Made by a program: the position numbers and the translations under genes
Shown: one piece after another, positions 1-8,819 of the stretch
Numbering within the stretch: the first letter of the stretch is position 1
How the letters are laid out: every line of letters begins with the position of its first letter
From: Propionibacteriaceae bacterium
GTDB lineage: Bacteria > Actinomycetota > Actinomycetes > Propionibacteriales > Propionibacteriaceae
Length of the DNA stretch: 32,000 nucleotides
Assembly (NCBI GenBank): GCA_031256725.1
Contig: JAIRQE010000004.1
Location: 30,001-62,000, forward strand
Direction of reading: 5' to 3'
Notes under the pieces: generated by a model
The model's input: only the letters and a program-made list of their open reading frames with translations
What the model was told of the DNA's origin: nothing
The model's database searches: none

Positions 1-395
1 TCACTAACCCGGGTTTCTGGGTTAGTTGGTACATCCACACGCCCTTTAAGAAGGGGGGAACGTAAGGGTTCCGAGATGATCTCAGAGATCCTCATTCTGG
101 GATTCAGCGAGGAGCGCGGGTCCTGAAAAACCATTTGTACTGATGCTCGAAGTGATGCCATGGCTTCTCGATTAGCATGGTCAAGGTCACGACCGAGGAA
201 GTGTACTACACCAGATGTGGGTCGGATGAGCCCTGCAAGGATCTTGAGTAAGCTGGTCTTTCCTGACCCAGACTCCCCCACGATCCCCCAACGCTCGTGC
301 TCCCCAATATGAAGGGTGAGGCTCTCCAAGGCAGTCACCTTGCGGCGACGGCCTCCAAAAGCCATCGTGACATGATCCAAAGAATAGGCGGTCAT
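1..395 (-). CDS. ABC transporter ATP-binding protein (second, DppF/OppF-like ATPase of the peptide/nickel-type importer); 3' end lies beyond the window edge
   Basis: Absent from the supplied ORF track because it is open to the window edge. Manual minus-strand translation from the ATG at 395-393 gives MTAYSLDHVTMAFGGRRRKVTALESLTLHIGEHERWGIVGESGSGKTSLLKILAGLIRPTSGVVHFLGRDL...VQMVFQDPRSSLNPRMRISEIISEPL. It has a Walker A (GESGSGKT) and the Dpp/Opp-type FQDP..SLNP Q-loop region. The start overlaps the stop of the upstream ATPase gene (ATGA at 392-395). Confidence 0.85.
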   Translation of the reverse strand, partial: MTAYSLDHVTMAFGGRRRKVTALESLTLHIGEHERWGIVGESGSGKTSLLKILAGLIRPTSGVVHFLGRDLDHANREAMASLRASVQMVFQDPRSSLNPRMRISEIISEPLRSPLLKGRVDVPTNPETRVS

Positions 396-1228
396 TGTTC
401 CTGCCTCGGATCGAAGAAGTCTTCAATGACGGGAAGACGTGTACCCGGTTCAACTGCGTCAATACTGGCTGTCGCCACGAGGCCAGCAGTGTACGGATGC
501 TGAGGATTCATGAAGACTTGGGCAGCACTACCCCTCTCAACGATCTTTCCAGCATGGATGACAGCAACATCTGTACAGATTCTGGAAACAAGACCCAGAT
601 CATGGGAAATGAATAAGCAGGCTGCGTTGACACCAGCAAGCTCCTCATCAAGTAGAGAGAGTACCTTCGCTTGTACTGTGGCATCAAGGGCAGTTGTGGG
701 CTCATCGCAGATAACCATGGCCGGGTTGTTCATTAAGGCCATGGCGATGACCACCCTTTGGCGTTGACCACCAGAGAGTTCATGGGGATAGGCATCCGCG
801 ATCCGTGAAGCATGATCAAGACCAACTCGGTCGAAGATCTGCTCAACACGTTGGCGAGTTGCCATGGTGGAGGTCTCACGGTGAAGCCCAATGAGTTCGG
901 CAGCCTGGCGACCAACTTTCATGGTGGGATCCAAGGCTGTCATGGGTTCCTGGAAGACCATAGACAGATTCCGTCCACGAATAGCAGAGAAAACCCTATC
1001 AGTGAGTGCTGTAAGTTCCTGACCCTGAAAGACGATGGACCCTTCAACGTGGGCATTCTCGGGAAGGAGTCCCATGATTGCTGAGGCGAGTACAGTTTTC
1101 CCTGATCCCGATGCACCTACGAATCCTAAACGTTGTCCAGGTTCGAGACTCAGACATGCGTGGTCGAGTACTCTTGTTCGATGCCGACCAAAGGAGACAC
1201 TCAGATCTTTCACATCAAGAAGGCTCAT
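392..1228 (-). CDS. ABC transporter ATP-binding protein (DppD/OppD-like)
   Basis: 278-aa ORF with Walker A GASGSGKT, signature LSGGQRQR, Walker B VICDEPTTALD and the C-terminal HPYT motif typical of oligopeptide/dipeptide ATPases. It has 4-bp overlaps with both neighbouring genes. Confidence 0.9.
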   Translation of the reverse strand: MSLLDVKDLSVSFGRHRTRVLDHACLSLEPGQRLGFVGASGSGKTVLASAIMGLLPENAHVEGSIVFQGQELTALTDRVFSAIRGRNLSMVFQEPMTALDPTMKVGRQAAELIGLHRETSTMATRQRVEQIFDRVGLDHASRIADAYPHELSGGQRQRVVIAMALMNNPAMVICDEPTTALDATVQAKVLSLLDEELAGVNAACLFISHDLGLVSRICTDVAVIHAGKIVERGSAAQVFMNPQHPYTAGLVATASIDAVEPGTRLPVIEDFFDPRQEQ

Positions 1229-2031
1229 CGTACCTCCTGGAGACGAGGATCAAGATAATCGCGTACACCATCACCAAGAAGGTTGAATCCCATCACGGCG
1301 ATAACGATGGCAATTCCGGGGATCACCGCCTGCATGGGTTGTGTTAGGAAGTTCGCATCCCTAAGCATCCGCCCCCACGTTGGTACAGTCTTGGGCGCAG
1401 AAAGCCCCAGATAGGCAAGCCCCGCCTCAGCCAGGATAGCCATAGAGAAGGAGGCTGCTGCCTGTACTCCTAAAAGGGGGGCTATATTCGGCAGGACGTG
1501 ACGTAACGCGATAACGGAAGTGGGGGTACCTGAGACTTGAGCAGCCAAGATATAGTCCTGGCTCATGACCGTCAAGGTGGAGGCACGAGCCATGCGTTGG
1601 AAAACCGGGATGGTGGCGATACCGATAGCGATTGAGGCCGTGGTCACCGAGGAACCCAGGGCTGAAGCCAAGAGGATGGCGAGAAGCAGGGCAGGAAGGG
1701 CGTACAGGATGTCCGAGCCGCGAGCAAGGATCTCACCAAGGGTTTTATGCCCCATGCCAACAAAGACTCCAAGAGGTACCCCGATAAGCGCAGCGATAGC
1801 GACAGCTAAGATTCCAACAAGGAGGGTAGTTTGAGCTCCCACCATGAGACGTGAAGCAGTATCCATTCCCAGGGCATCAGTTCCGAGAATATGGGGCCAT
1901 GTGAGGGAGCCATAACGAATCCCCGAGACTTTCGATGGATCGAAGGGGGTCCATACGAGTGAGACCAATGCGGCAAGAACAACGAGTCCCGAACCGATAA
2001 GACCAATAACGAGGGTGAGCTTCTTCATCAT
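1225..2031 (-). CDS. ABC transporter permease (DppC/OppC-like, BPD_transp_1 type)
   Basis: 268-aa hydrophobic ORF. It contains an EAA-like loop region (AAQVSGTPTSVIALRHVLPNIAP). It is translationally coupled (4-bp overlaps) within the importer operon. Confidence 0.9.
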   Translation of the reverse strand: MMKKLTLVIGLIGSGLVVLAALVSLVWTPFDPSKVSGIRYGSLTWPHILGTDALGMDTASRLMVGAQTTLLVGILAVAIAALIGVPLGVFVGMGHKTLGEILARGSDILYALPALLLAILLASALGSSVTTASIAIGIATIPVFQRMARASTLTVMSQDYILAAQVSGTPTSVIALRHVLPNIAPLLGVQAAASFSMAILAEAGLAYLGLSAPKTVPTWGRMLRDANFLTQPMQAVIPGIAIVIAVMGFNLLGDGVRDYLDPRLQEVR

Positions 2032-2984
2032 GCGGCTCCCCTGCGAAGACGTGGATCAATCCACAGATAGGCCAGATCAACAAGGAAGTTGATCAGCAGT
2101 ACTGCAAAAACCAACAGCATCACGACCCCTTGAACAACCACAAGATCCCGGGAACCCACAGCATCGATAAGCAGACTTCCCAAACCTGGCAGTACAAAGA
2201 CCTCTTCAATGAGAACTGCTCCCACAAGCAGAGATGAGATTTGCAGACCCACGACTGTCACCAAGGAGGTGGCCATATTGCGCATGCCATGACGAACCAA
2301 CCCCCTCCACTTGGTCCACCCTGATGCTCGCGCAGTACGGTAATAATCCTCACCAAGTACGTCGATGAAACCAGCTCGGACATAGCGAGCCAGGAAGCAT
2401 CCTTGAACAAGAACGAGAGTCATCACAGGCAGTACCATGCGCGAAGCCCACTGGGATACCGACTTTGTGATGGGGACGTATCTATTGGCCGGGAACCAGC
2501 CCAGATGTACAGCGAAAACCATGGTCAACAGAACCCCAAGGAAGAAGACAGGCATGGCCAAACCAACATGACTGAGGGCATTGATGAGGGCTCCAGACCA
2601 ACGCCTGCGCATCATTGCAGAGAATAATCCCATAGGGATCGCCACCAGCAAAGACAAAGGAATAGACAAGCCAACTATCCATAGGGTAACCGCCAGTCGT
2701 GGAGTGATCTGCGAGACTACAGGTTGACCTTTAAGGTATGAGGCCCCGAAATCCCCGTGGAGCATTCCCCCCAACCATTCGAAGTATCGAATGATTAACG
2801 GACGATCTAATCCCCATTTCTGGCGTAAGGCATCAACATCGTCAGGGCTTGCACCCACACCAAGAGTCACCTGGGCGACATCTCCAGGAAGGGCTTGAAT
2901 GATCAAGAAGATTACCAGGGAGGCAACCAGGACTGTACCAACGAAGATGGTTAGTCGGCGTAGCGCAGCCCTGAGTACGGGCAT
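2028..2984 (-). CDS. ABC transporter permease (DppB/OppB-like)
   Basis: 318-aa hydrophobic ORF. The N-terminus (LRRLTIFVGTVLVASLVIFLIIQALPGD) and the YYRTARASG segment are typical of DppB/OppB permeases. It overlaps the downstream gene by 4 bp. Confidence 0.9.
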   Translation of the reverse strand: MPVLRAALRRLTIFVGTVLVASLVIFLIIQALPGDVAQVTLGVGASPDDVDALRQKWGLDRPLIIRYFEWLGGMLHGDFGASYLKGQPVVSQITPRLAVTLWIVGLSIPLSLLVAIPMGLFSAMMRRRWSGALINALSHVGLAMPVFFLGVLLTMVFAVHLGWFPANRYVPITKSVSQWASRMVLPVMTLVLVQGCFLARYVRAGFIDVLGEDYYRTARASGWTKWRGLVRHGMRNMATSLVTVVGLQISSLLVGAVLIEEVFVLPGLGSLLIDAVGSRDLVVVQGVVMLLVFAVLLINFLVDLAYLWIDPRLRRGAA

Positions 2985-2996
2985 GGTGAATCCCTT

Positions 2997-4481
2997 TTAA
3001 TCCTTGGATGAGATGGTTGTCACATCGAAGCTCAGACTCGTCATATTCTCACCAACTCCATTGATACCTTCACGGGTCACGATGAGATTGGGGAAAACGA
3101 AAAGCCAGTCAGCAGCTGCATCCTCAGCAAGGATCGTGGCTGCCTTCTTCATTTCGGGTACGAACTGATCGGGTGAAGCCGCAATGGCTGAGGCGAGTTG
3201 TTTTTGGAACTCGGGGTTGTCGTACCTCCAGTAATAATCAGGATTGGCGAAGTTGACGATGTCGCGAGCCTCCACATGGGCGACGATGGTCATGTCATAA
3301 TCGCCATTGGAATAGACCTCGTCAATCCAACGCCCAAAGTCGAGTTCCTCAACCTTAACGGTGATCCCCACATCTGCAAGCTGACTAGCAATGAAGGTTG
3401 CTGCTCCTGGGGTATAAGGCAGAGTCGGAATCCTGAGATCCAAGCTGAGGTTGGTGACTCCAGCTTCTTCCAGTAGTTCCTTAGCCTTGGCAGGATCATA
3501 GGGGTAGGTAGCGGAAAGATCCTCGTAATAGGGGTCAGTGGGTACAGCCATGGAACCGATGAGTTGGCCTTTGCCAGCCCACACGGCATCAACAAGTGCT
3601 TGGCGGTCAATGGCATGACAGATAGCCTGGCGTACCGCCAGATCCTTGAGTGTTTCGCGGGAATTATTGAACCCTAGAACAATCTCGCCATTAGTCGTAC
3701 CTTCGATCACAGTGTATTTCGATGCATCGGAGAACAACTCCAAGGAATCTGGGGATGTCATCTCTCCTGCGATGTCGAGGTCGCCTGAGAGCATGGCAGA
3801 AACCATGGCATTCGGGTCTGCGATGAAGCGAAAGACAACCTCATCGAAGCGTCCAGGAGTACCCCAGTAGGATTCGTTCTTCGTCAAAGTGATGGAGTCT
3901 CCACTCACCCATGACTCGAAGGCATAGGGACCTGATCCCATAGGTGCGGTCGCAAGATCTGTCAGTGCAGGATCAAAGATGATTCCCACGGTATCCGTCA
4001 TGGAATAGAGCCAGAAATTGCTCGGCTCCTTCAGGGTAACAGCCACAGTGGCCTGATCACGAGCCTGTACATCAGCAACCACAGCCATCTGAGACTTTAG
4101 GGTCTGATTGGGAGCCTCGCGCATTGTATTGATGCTCGCAACAACAGCGTCAGCGTTCACAGGGGCACCAGAAGCAAATTTGGCCTTAGTATCCAGGTGG
4201 AAGGTATAGGTCAACCAGTCCGGGGAGACATCATAGCTGTCGGCCAGAAGGGGCTTGATGCGCCCCTGGGAGTCCATCTTCACCAAGGTTTCATAGACGT
4301 TGTACAACAGGATCTGTGGGATAGCTGCTGTGGAATCCGTCGTAAGATCCAGTGTTGTAGGCTCAACTGTGATCCCCACAGTCAACGTCTTGGCATCCGC
4401 AGGAGGCGTTGTACACCCCGAGATGATTAGGGCCATACCAACTATGAGCGCAGCAACAACACCTATACGAGAAGACTTCAT
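2997..4481 (-). CDS. ABC transporter substrate-binding lipoprotein, family 5 (peptide/nickel/opine type)
   Basis: 494-aa ORF. It has a signal peptide with a lipobox (MALIISG-C). Its size and sequence character (LTVGITVEPTTLDLTT..., YTFHLD) fit SBP_bac_5. A Shine-Dalgarno-like AAAGGTGAG lies upstream of the ATG. It is the first gene of the importer operon. Confidence 0.9.
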   Translation of the reverse strand: MKSSRIGVVAALIVGMALIISGCTTPPADAKTLTVGITVEPTTLDLTTDSTAAIPQILLYNVYETLVKMDSQGRIKPLLADSYDVSPDWLTYTFHLDTKAKFASGAPVNADAVVASINTMREAPNQTLKSQMAVVADVQARDQATVAVTLKEPSNFWLYSMTDTVGIIFDPALTDLATAPMGSGPYAFESWVSGDSITLTKNESYWGTPGRFDEVVFRFIADPNAMVSAMLSGDLDIAGEMTSPDSLELFSDASKYTVIEGTTNGEIVLGFNNSRETLKDLAVRQAICHAIDRQALVDAVWAGKGQLIGSMAVPTDPYYEDLSATYPYDPAKAKELLEEAGVTNLSLDLRIPTLPYTPGAATFIASQLADVGITVKVEELDFGRWIDEVYSNGDYDMTIVAHVEARDIVNFANPDYYWRYDNPEFQKQLASAIAASPDQFVPEMKKAATILAEDAAADWLFVFPNLIVTREGINGVGENMTSLSFDVTTISSKD

Positions 4482-4611
4482 AACTCACCTTTCGCTATCA
4501 CGCCCGCAAAGTCTATCGGTAAACTTGACTTCAGCCGAGCATTACCAAGACCTTCGCGAGCTTGTGTCGCGGTTGTTCTATGGTCAAAGGTACCGCCTCT
4601 CCCCCACCGAT

Positions 4612-4641
4612 TTGGGATGTTCACCCAAGAAGGGGTAGTAT
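4612..4641 (+). promoter_or_regulatory. Candidate promoter for the tRNA gene (-35 TTGGGA, 18-nt spacer, -10 TAGTAT)
   Basis: TAGTAT at 4636-4641 lies 11 nt upstream of the mature tRNA 5' end. TTGGGA is at 4612-4617. This is pattern match only. Confidence 0.35.
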
Positions 4642-4652
4642 TGTCAGGCCGA

Positions 4653-4726
4653 CGCGGGGTGGAGCAGCTCGGTAGCTCGCTGGGCTCATAACCCAGAGGT
4701 CCATGGTTCAAATCCATGCCCCGCTA
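4653..4726 (+). tRNA. Initiator tRNA-fMet (anticodon CAT), CCA not encoded
   Basis: Hand-folded cloverleaf: acceptor CGCGGGG/CCCCGCT, D arm GAGC-AGCTCGGTA-GCTC, anticodon arm CTGGG-CTCATAA-CCCAG (CAT at 4687-4689), T arm CATGG-TTCAAAT-CCATG. Initiator hallmarks are an unpaired 1:72 position (C1 opposite U72) and three consecutive G:C pairs closing the anticodon stem. Confidence 0.9.
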
Positions 4727-4730
4727 CGAG

Positions 4731-4775
4731 AAAGGGCTTCTAACTGAAATCTCAGTTAGAAGCCCTTTGATTTCT
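4731..4775 (+). terminator. Intrinsic terminator-like hairpin after the tRNA (possibly bidirectional)
   Basis: Perfect 17-bp stem: AAAGGGCTTCTAACTGA (4731-4747), loop AATC, TCAGTTAGAAGCCCTTT (4752-4768). It is followed by GATTTCTG. Confidence 0.7.
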
Positions 4776-4789
4776 GCCTAAGCAGAGAA

Positions 4790-5075
4790 TCTAGGCCGGC
4801 ACATCGCTACCGGTGTACTGACGCACCGGATCGGCCCCCGAGTGATCCGTGTGAACCTCAGGGAGGTCGATCAGGTGCTCGAAGTCAAGGGCTAGCGTCG
4901 ATGCTTCGACACGGCCTCAACGAGGGACGCGGACCAGCTCTAGGTCGTCGTCTGCGAAGTCCTAGAGCCGTTCAGTGATCCTCACAATGGTCGAGTCGTG
5001 CTTGATGCCCTTGTTGCTTCCTGGTGTTCTGCGATGAGTTGGGCGAGCGTCAGCAATGGATCTGGTGCTGGCATC
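4790..5075 (-). pseudogene. Degenerate G+C-rich remnant of unidentified coding sequence(s)
   Basis: No intact ORF. Minus-strand frames give protein-like runs broken by stops and frame changes: MPAPDPLLTLAQLIAEHQEATRASSTTRPL*, NKGIKHDSTIVRITERL*DFADDDLELVRVPR*, GRVEASTLALDFEHLIDLPEVHTDHSGADPVRQYTGSDVPA*. Hand count gives 110 G+C in 180 nt for 4801-4980, versus 30 of 60 in a sampled line of the adjacent hppA. Confidence 0.3.
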
Positions 5076-5080
5076 CCTTT

Positions 5081-7117
5081 TTACATCCCCAGTACGCCGT
5101 GGATGGAGAACAGGGGAATAAACAGGATGGCAACCATGTTGACGACCTTGATGAGAGCGTTCAGGGCGGGACCTGCAGTATCCTTCGTGGGGTCACCGAC
5201 AGTGTCACCAACGATGGCGGCCTTGTGAGCCTCAGAACCCTTTCCACCAAAGAGTCCATCTGTTTCGATGAGCTTCTTGGCGTTATCCCAGGCTCCACCA
5301 GCGTTATTCAAGGTGAGAGCCAGCATGAGACCCACGGTGATAATACCAATGAGCAGGCCTGGGAGTGCGGCCGCACCTAGGAGGTACCCCACTGCGATAG
5401 GTGTGACGACTGCGATAGCTCCAGGTATGATCATCTCCTTCAATGCTGCTCCAGTAACAATGTCAACCGCGCGAGCATAATCGGGACGCTGTTCACCCTT
5501 GAGGATTCCAGGGTATTCCTTGAACTGGCGCCGTACCTCGACAACCACTTTCATGGCGGCTTTGGACACAGCATTCATGGTGACGGAGCTGAAGACAAAA
5601 GGAAGCAATCCACCAATGAGGAGACCAACAAGGATCACAGGGTTCGTGATCTGCAAATCGAATGATTCACCCTCTGCACTCTCCACCATCTTCCAGTAAT
5701 AATCAGTAAACAGTGCCAGTGCGCCGAGAGCAGCTGAGCCGATGGCATATCCCTTGGTGACAGCCTTGGTGGTATTTCCAACACCATCAAGAGCATCAGT
5801 GATTTCACGAACATTGGCTGGCTGTTCACTCATCTCAGCAATACCACCAGCATTGTCGGTGATAGGTCCGTAGGAGTCCAGGGCGACAATCATTGCAGCA
5901 GTTGAGAGCATGGCCATGGCCGCAATCGCGATTCCATAGAGACCATTACCTGAGGGCCCACCACCAATATAGAAGGCGGCAAGGATACCGACCACGATGG
6001 TGACCACAGGAAGAATTGTGGACTCCATACCGACTGACAAGCCACTGATGACATTTGTACCTGCGCCATGATTGGAGGCTTCGGCGATGGACTTTACGGG
6101 TCGATGCTCAGTTGAGGTGTAGTACTCAGTCATCATGAAGAGCAAGACGGTGATGACAACACCCACAAGGGTCACCCAGAAATAGGTCATATCTTTGAAG
6201 ATCACCCACGTGATACCTGCAAAGGCAATCGAACTGATGATGGCAGCAGCATAAACACCCTTATAGAGAGCATTCATGATCTTGTGGGTCTTGCCTAAAC
6301 GTACGAAGAAGACACTGACGATGCAGGCCAGGATCGCGGCAGAACCAAGAGCCAGGGGGAAGACAACCTCATGAGCGCCGAAACCAGAATCGGAGACCAT
6401 AGTGCCGATCAACATAGCGGCGAGAAGGGTCACAGCATAGGTTTCGAACAGGTCTGCACCCATACCAGCACAGTCACCCACATTGTCGCCCACGTTGTCG
6501 GCGATGGTTGCTGGGTTGCGGGGATCATCTTCAGGAAGGCCAACCTCGACCTTGCCAACGATGTCCGCTCCAACGTCAGCTGCTTTGGTATAGATTCCGC
6601 CACCCACACGAGCAAACAGTGACATCAGCGATGCACCCAAGCCGAAACCGATAATGATGTCGGTGTCTTGGAAGATGATATAGCTGAGGCTGACCCCAAG
6701 CATGGATAGACCAACGACAGCCAAGCCCGTTACCGCTCCCCCATGGAAAGCCACATCCAAGGCTGCTTTGAGGGAGGTACGAGCAGCAGCCGCTGTACGT
6801 ACGTTTGCACGAACAGACACATTCATGCCGATGTACCCAGCCAGACCGCTTGCAGCGGTCCCTACCAAGAAGCTGAGCGCCAGTTTCCAATCCAGTGCGT
6901 ACCACACGATGGCGCCAAGAATAACTGCCACCACTGCGATGGTTTGGTACTGCCTCTTCAGATAGGCCATAGCACCCTCTTGAATAGCCTGTGCGATCTC
7001 CTTCATTCGATCATCACCTGCATCAAGGCGAAGGATGCGAATTGCCATGACCACAGCTACCGCAACGCTAATCAAGCCTGCGACAGGGGCCAAATATACA
7101 AATAGCATAAGATCCAT
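5081..7117 (-). CDS. hppA: Membrane-bound proton-translocating inorganic pyrophosphatase (K+-independent type)
   Basis: 678-aa polytopic ORF with diagnostic M-PPase motifs GGIYTKAADVGADIVGKVE, DNVGDNVGDCAGMGADLFE, GGAWDNAKK and VGDTVGDPTKDTAGPALN. It carries the GNTTKA (Lys) variant associated with K+-independent enzymes. Confidence 0.95.
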   Translation of the reverse strand: MDLMLFVYLAPVAGLISVAVAVVMAIRILRLDAGDDRMKEIAQAIQEGAMAYLKRQYQTIAVVAVILGAIVWYALDWKLALSFLVGTAASGLAGYIGMNVSVRANVRTAAAARTSLKAALDVAFHGGAVTGLAVVGLSMLGVSLSYIIFQDTDIIIGFGLGASLMSLFARVGGGIYTKAADVGADIVGKVEVGLPEDDPRNPATIADNVGDNVGDCAGMGADLFETYAVTLLAAMLIGTMVSDSGFGAHEVVFPLALGSAAILACIVSVFFVRLGKTHKIMNALYKGVYAAAIISSIAFAGITWVIFKDMTYFWVTLVGVVITVLLFMMTEYYTSTEHRPVKSIAEASNHGAGTNVISGLSVGMESTILPVVTIVVGILAAFYIGGGPSGNGLYGIAIAAMAMLSTAAMIVALDSYGPITDNAGGIAEMSEQPANVREITDALDGVGNTTKAVTKGYAIGSAALGALALFTDYYWKMVESAEGESFDLQITNPVILVGLLIGGLLPFVFSSVTMNAVSKAAMKVVVEVRRQFKEYPGILKGEQRPDYARAVDIVTGAALKEMIIPGAIAVVTPIAVGYLLGAAALPGLLIGIITVGLMLALTLNNAGGAWDNAKKLIETDGLFGGKGSEAHKAAIVGDTVGDPTKDTAGPALNALIKVVNMVAILFIPLFSIHGVLGM

Positions 7118-7440
7118 GCAACATCTCTCTCAGTATGGGGTTCCACCAGAAGCACCGCTGCTATCTCGATGAGTCAACCCAAGGCCAGCTAATGCTACAC
7201 CATCAGACCAATGCATTGCCATGTAGCCAGACCAGCATTGCCAACCTGGACACCAAGTATTGTGCATTTCTCAACCGTGCAGACCGTTTGAGTGGCTTGA
7301 TGCCGAAGCAAAATCATGCCCCAGCGAGATCTGATCCCTCATCCCAAACCAGTTCTTCACCGAGGCATTTTCTATTATGACATAGTTCACATCAGTGGGC
7401 ATCTGCCGCCTACTGATCTGACTAGAAAATTAGGAATGAT

Positions 7441-8079
7441 TCAGGGGTTTGTCAGTTTCATCAATACGGTAAAACCATCGGTATCAAGGTCGCTCTCAAG
7501 GGCATCTGTATTGGGAGTATTGACCCCAACGACAACCGTAGAGCGATCTTGGCCACGGAACACGGCCAAGTGCTGGATATTCGCATGGTGCTTCGCTGTG
7601 ATGGATGCCAGGCGTGCCAGAGCGCCTGGGGTATCCGTAGCATCAATGGTCAAACGGGTACCCGGATCACGGAAGCCAAGCAACTCAATGAAGGCATCAA
7701 GGATCGCGCTCTCGGTGATGACACCGACCAACTCCCCCTCATCAACGACTGGAAGCATCTCGACCTTATTGTCACGCATTGCTACAGCCGCCTCTTCAAG
7801 GAGTGCGCCTGGTGTGATGGTGATCGGATCGGGAGTCATCGCTTTTGCCACCTTGAGCTTGGACAGAAGGTAGGTCAGTTCAGAAGCGCTCAATGAGGTC
7901 GCAGGAGATGGGGACACCCGAGCGATGTCGTTATGGGAGACGATACCGACGACACGCCCATCTGAGACGACAGGCAGATGGCGTACGCCATGTTTCTTCA
8001 TGAGTTCCACTGCCTCAGGAACACTGTTTTCCGGTGCCACTGTGAATGGATTGGCAGTCATCCTGGTCTGTACGAACAT
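7441..8079 (-). CDS. CBS-pair plus ACT domain protein (AcuB-like)
   Basis: 212-aa ORF with two CBS-like repeats (...HGVRHLPVVSDGRVVGIVSHNDI... and ...NKVEMLPVVDEGELVGVITESAI...). The C-terminal segment (TRLTIDATDTPGALARLASITAKHHANIQHLAV) is ACT-like. GGGAGAA lies upstream of the ATG, and only 32 bp separate it from livF. Confidence 0.85.
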   Translation of the reverse strand: MFVQTRMTANPFTVAPENSVPEAVELMKKHGVRHLPVVSDGRVVGIVSHNDIARVSPSPATSLSASELTYLLSKLKVAKAMTPDPITITPGALLEEAAVAMRDNKVEMLPVVDEGELVGVITESAILDAFIELLGFRDPGTRLTIDATDTPGALARLASITAKHHANIQHLAVFRGQDRSTVVVGVNTPNTDALESDLDTDGFTVLMKLTNP

Positions 8080-8111
8080 GTACTCATTCTCCCATGTAGG
8101 CCCAGCGAAGG

Positions 8112-8819
8112 CTATCCCCCGAGGTAGGCACGTTTGATTTCGTCGGTCGCCGAAAGCTCGGCTGAAGGACCTGAGGCCACGATCTTGCCTGTCTCCATGA
8201 CATAGGCTCGATCAGCGATCTGTAGGGCTTTGTGAGCATTCTGCTCCACGAGAAGGATTGTTGTACCAGCCTCGTTAATGCTTTGAATGATGTCGAAGAT
8301 TTCTTGGACTAGCAAAGGTGCCAACCCCATGGATGGCTCATCCAGCAGTAGTATCCTCGGGTGAGCCATCATCGCCCTACCGATAGCCAGCATCTGCTGC
8401 TCCCCACCAGAGAGGGTTCCCGCCAGTTGTCGACGTCTGCTCGCAAGAACAGGGAAACGGTCATACACAAGATCAAAGTCTGCTGTACGTTCACGAGGAC
8501 GACGGTGGTACCCACCCAATTCGAGGTTTTCTAGTACGGTCATCTCAGCAAAAACGCGACGCCCCTCTGGTACCTGGCATAGCCCCATCTTTACTCGAGC
8601 TTGGGCCCTCATCGTGGTAATGTCCTCACCCTCGACGAGTACCTGGCCTGAGGTTGGTTTCTTCAACCCAGAGATGGTGGACAAGGTGGTCGACTTCCCA
8701 GCGCCATTGGCACCGATCAGCGTCACAATCTCCCCAGCCTCAACTGTGAGGGAGATCCCTTTGAGGGCATGGATTCCGCCATAGTGAACATTCAGGTCAC
8801 GAATCTCAAGCATCTCCAA
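8112..8819 (-). CDS. livF: Branched-chain amino acid ABC transporter ATP-binding protein
   Basis: 235-aa ORF with Walker A GANGAGKST, signature LSGGEQQML and Walker B LLLDEPSMGLAP. The end of the protein (IKRAYLGG) is typical of LivF. It overlaps livG. Confidence 0.9.
   Translation of the reverse strand: MEMLEIRDLNVHYGGIHALKGISLTVEAGEIVTLIGANGAGKSTTLSTISGLKKPTSGQVLVEGEDITTMRAQARVKMGLCQVPEGRRVFAEMTVLENLELGGYHRRPRERTADFDLVYDRFPVLASRRRQLAGTLSGGEQQMLAIGRAMMAHPRILLLDEPSMGLAPLLVQEIFDIIQSINEAGTTILLVEQNAHKALQIADRAYVMETGKIVASGPSAELSATDEIKRAYLGG

Noticed and set aside
187-503. Track ORFs 187..462 (-) and 297..503 (+)
   Set aside because: They overlap the Walker-A-containing frame of the DppF-like ATPase and the end of the DppD-like gene. 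Their translations are low-complexity (Arg/Gly/Pro/Trp-rich) with no motifs.
4478-4717. 79-aa minus-strand ORF
   Set aside because: It runs antisense through the tRNA-fMet gene, so it is an artefact of the G+C-rich tRNA sequence.
7209-7218. Perfect 10-bp palindrome CAATGCATTG in the hppA upstream region as a possible operator
   Set aside because: Palindromes of this length are expected many times by chance in 32 kb (on the order of 32000/4^5). There is no second copy and no recognisable regulator nearby.
7391-7417. Hairpin downstream of the CBS-ACT gene as its terminator
   Set aside because: It is only a 10-bp stem with one mismatch on the transcribed strand and no U-tract, which is too weak to annotate.
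7316-7873. 185-aa ORF on the plus strand (also 7549..7896)
   Set aside because: It is antisense to the well-supported CBS-ACT gene. It has Ser/Arg/Thr-rich composition typical of antisense frames, with no start context and no motifs.
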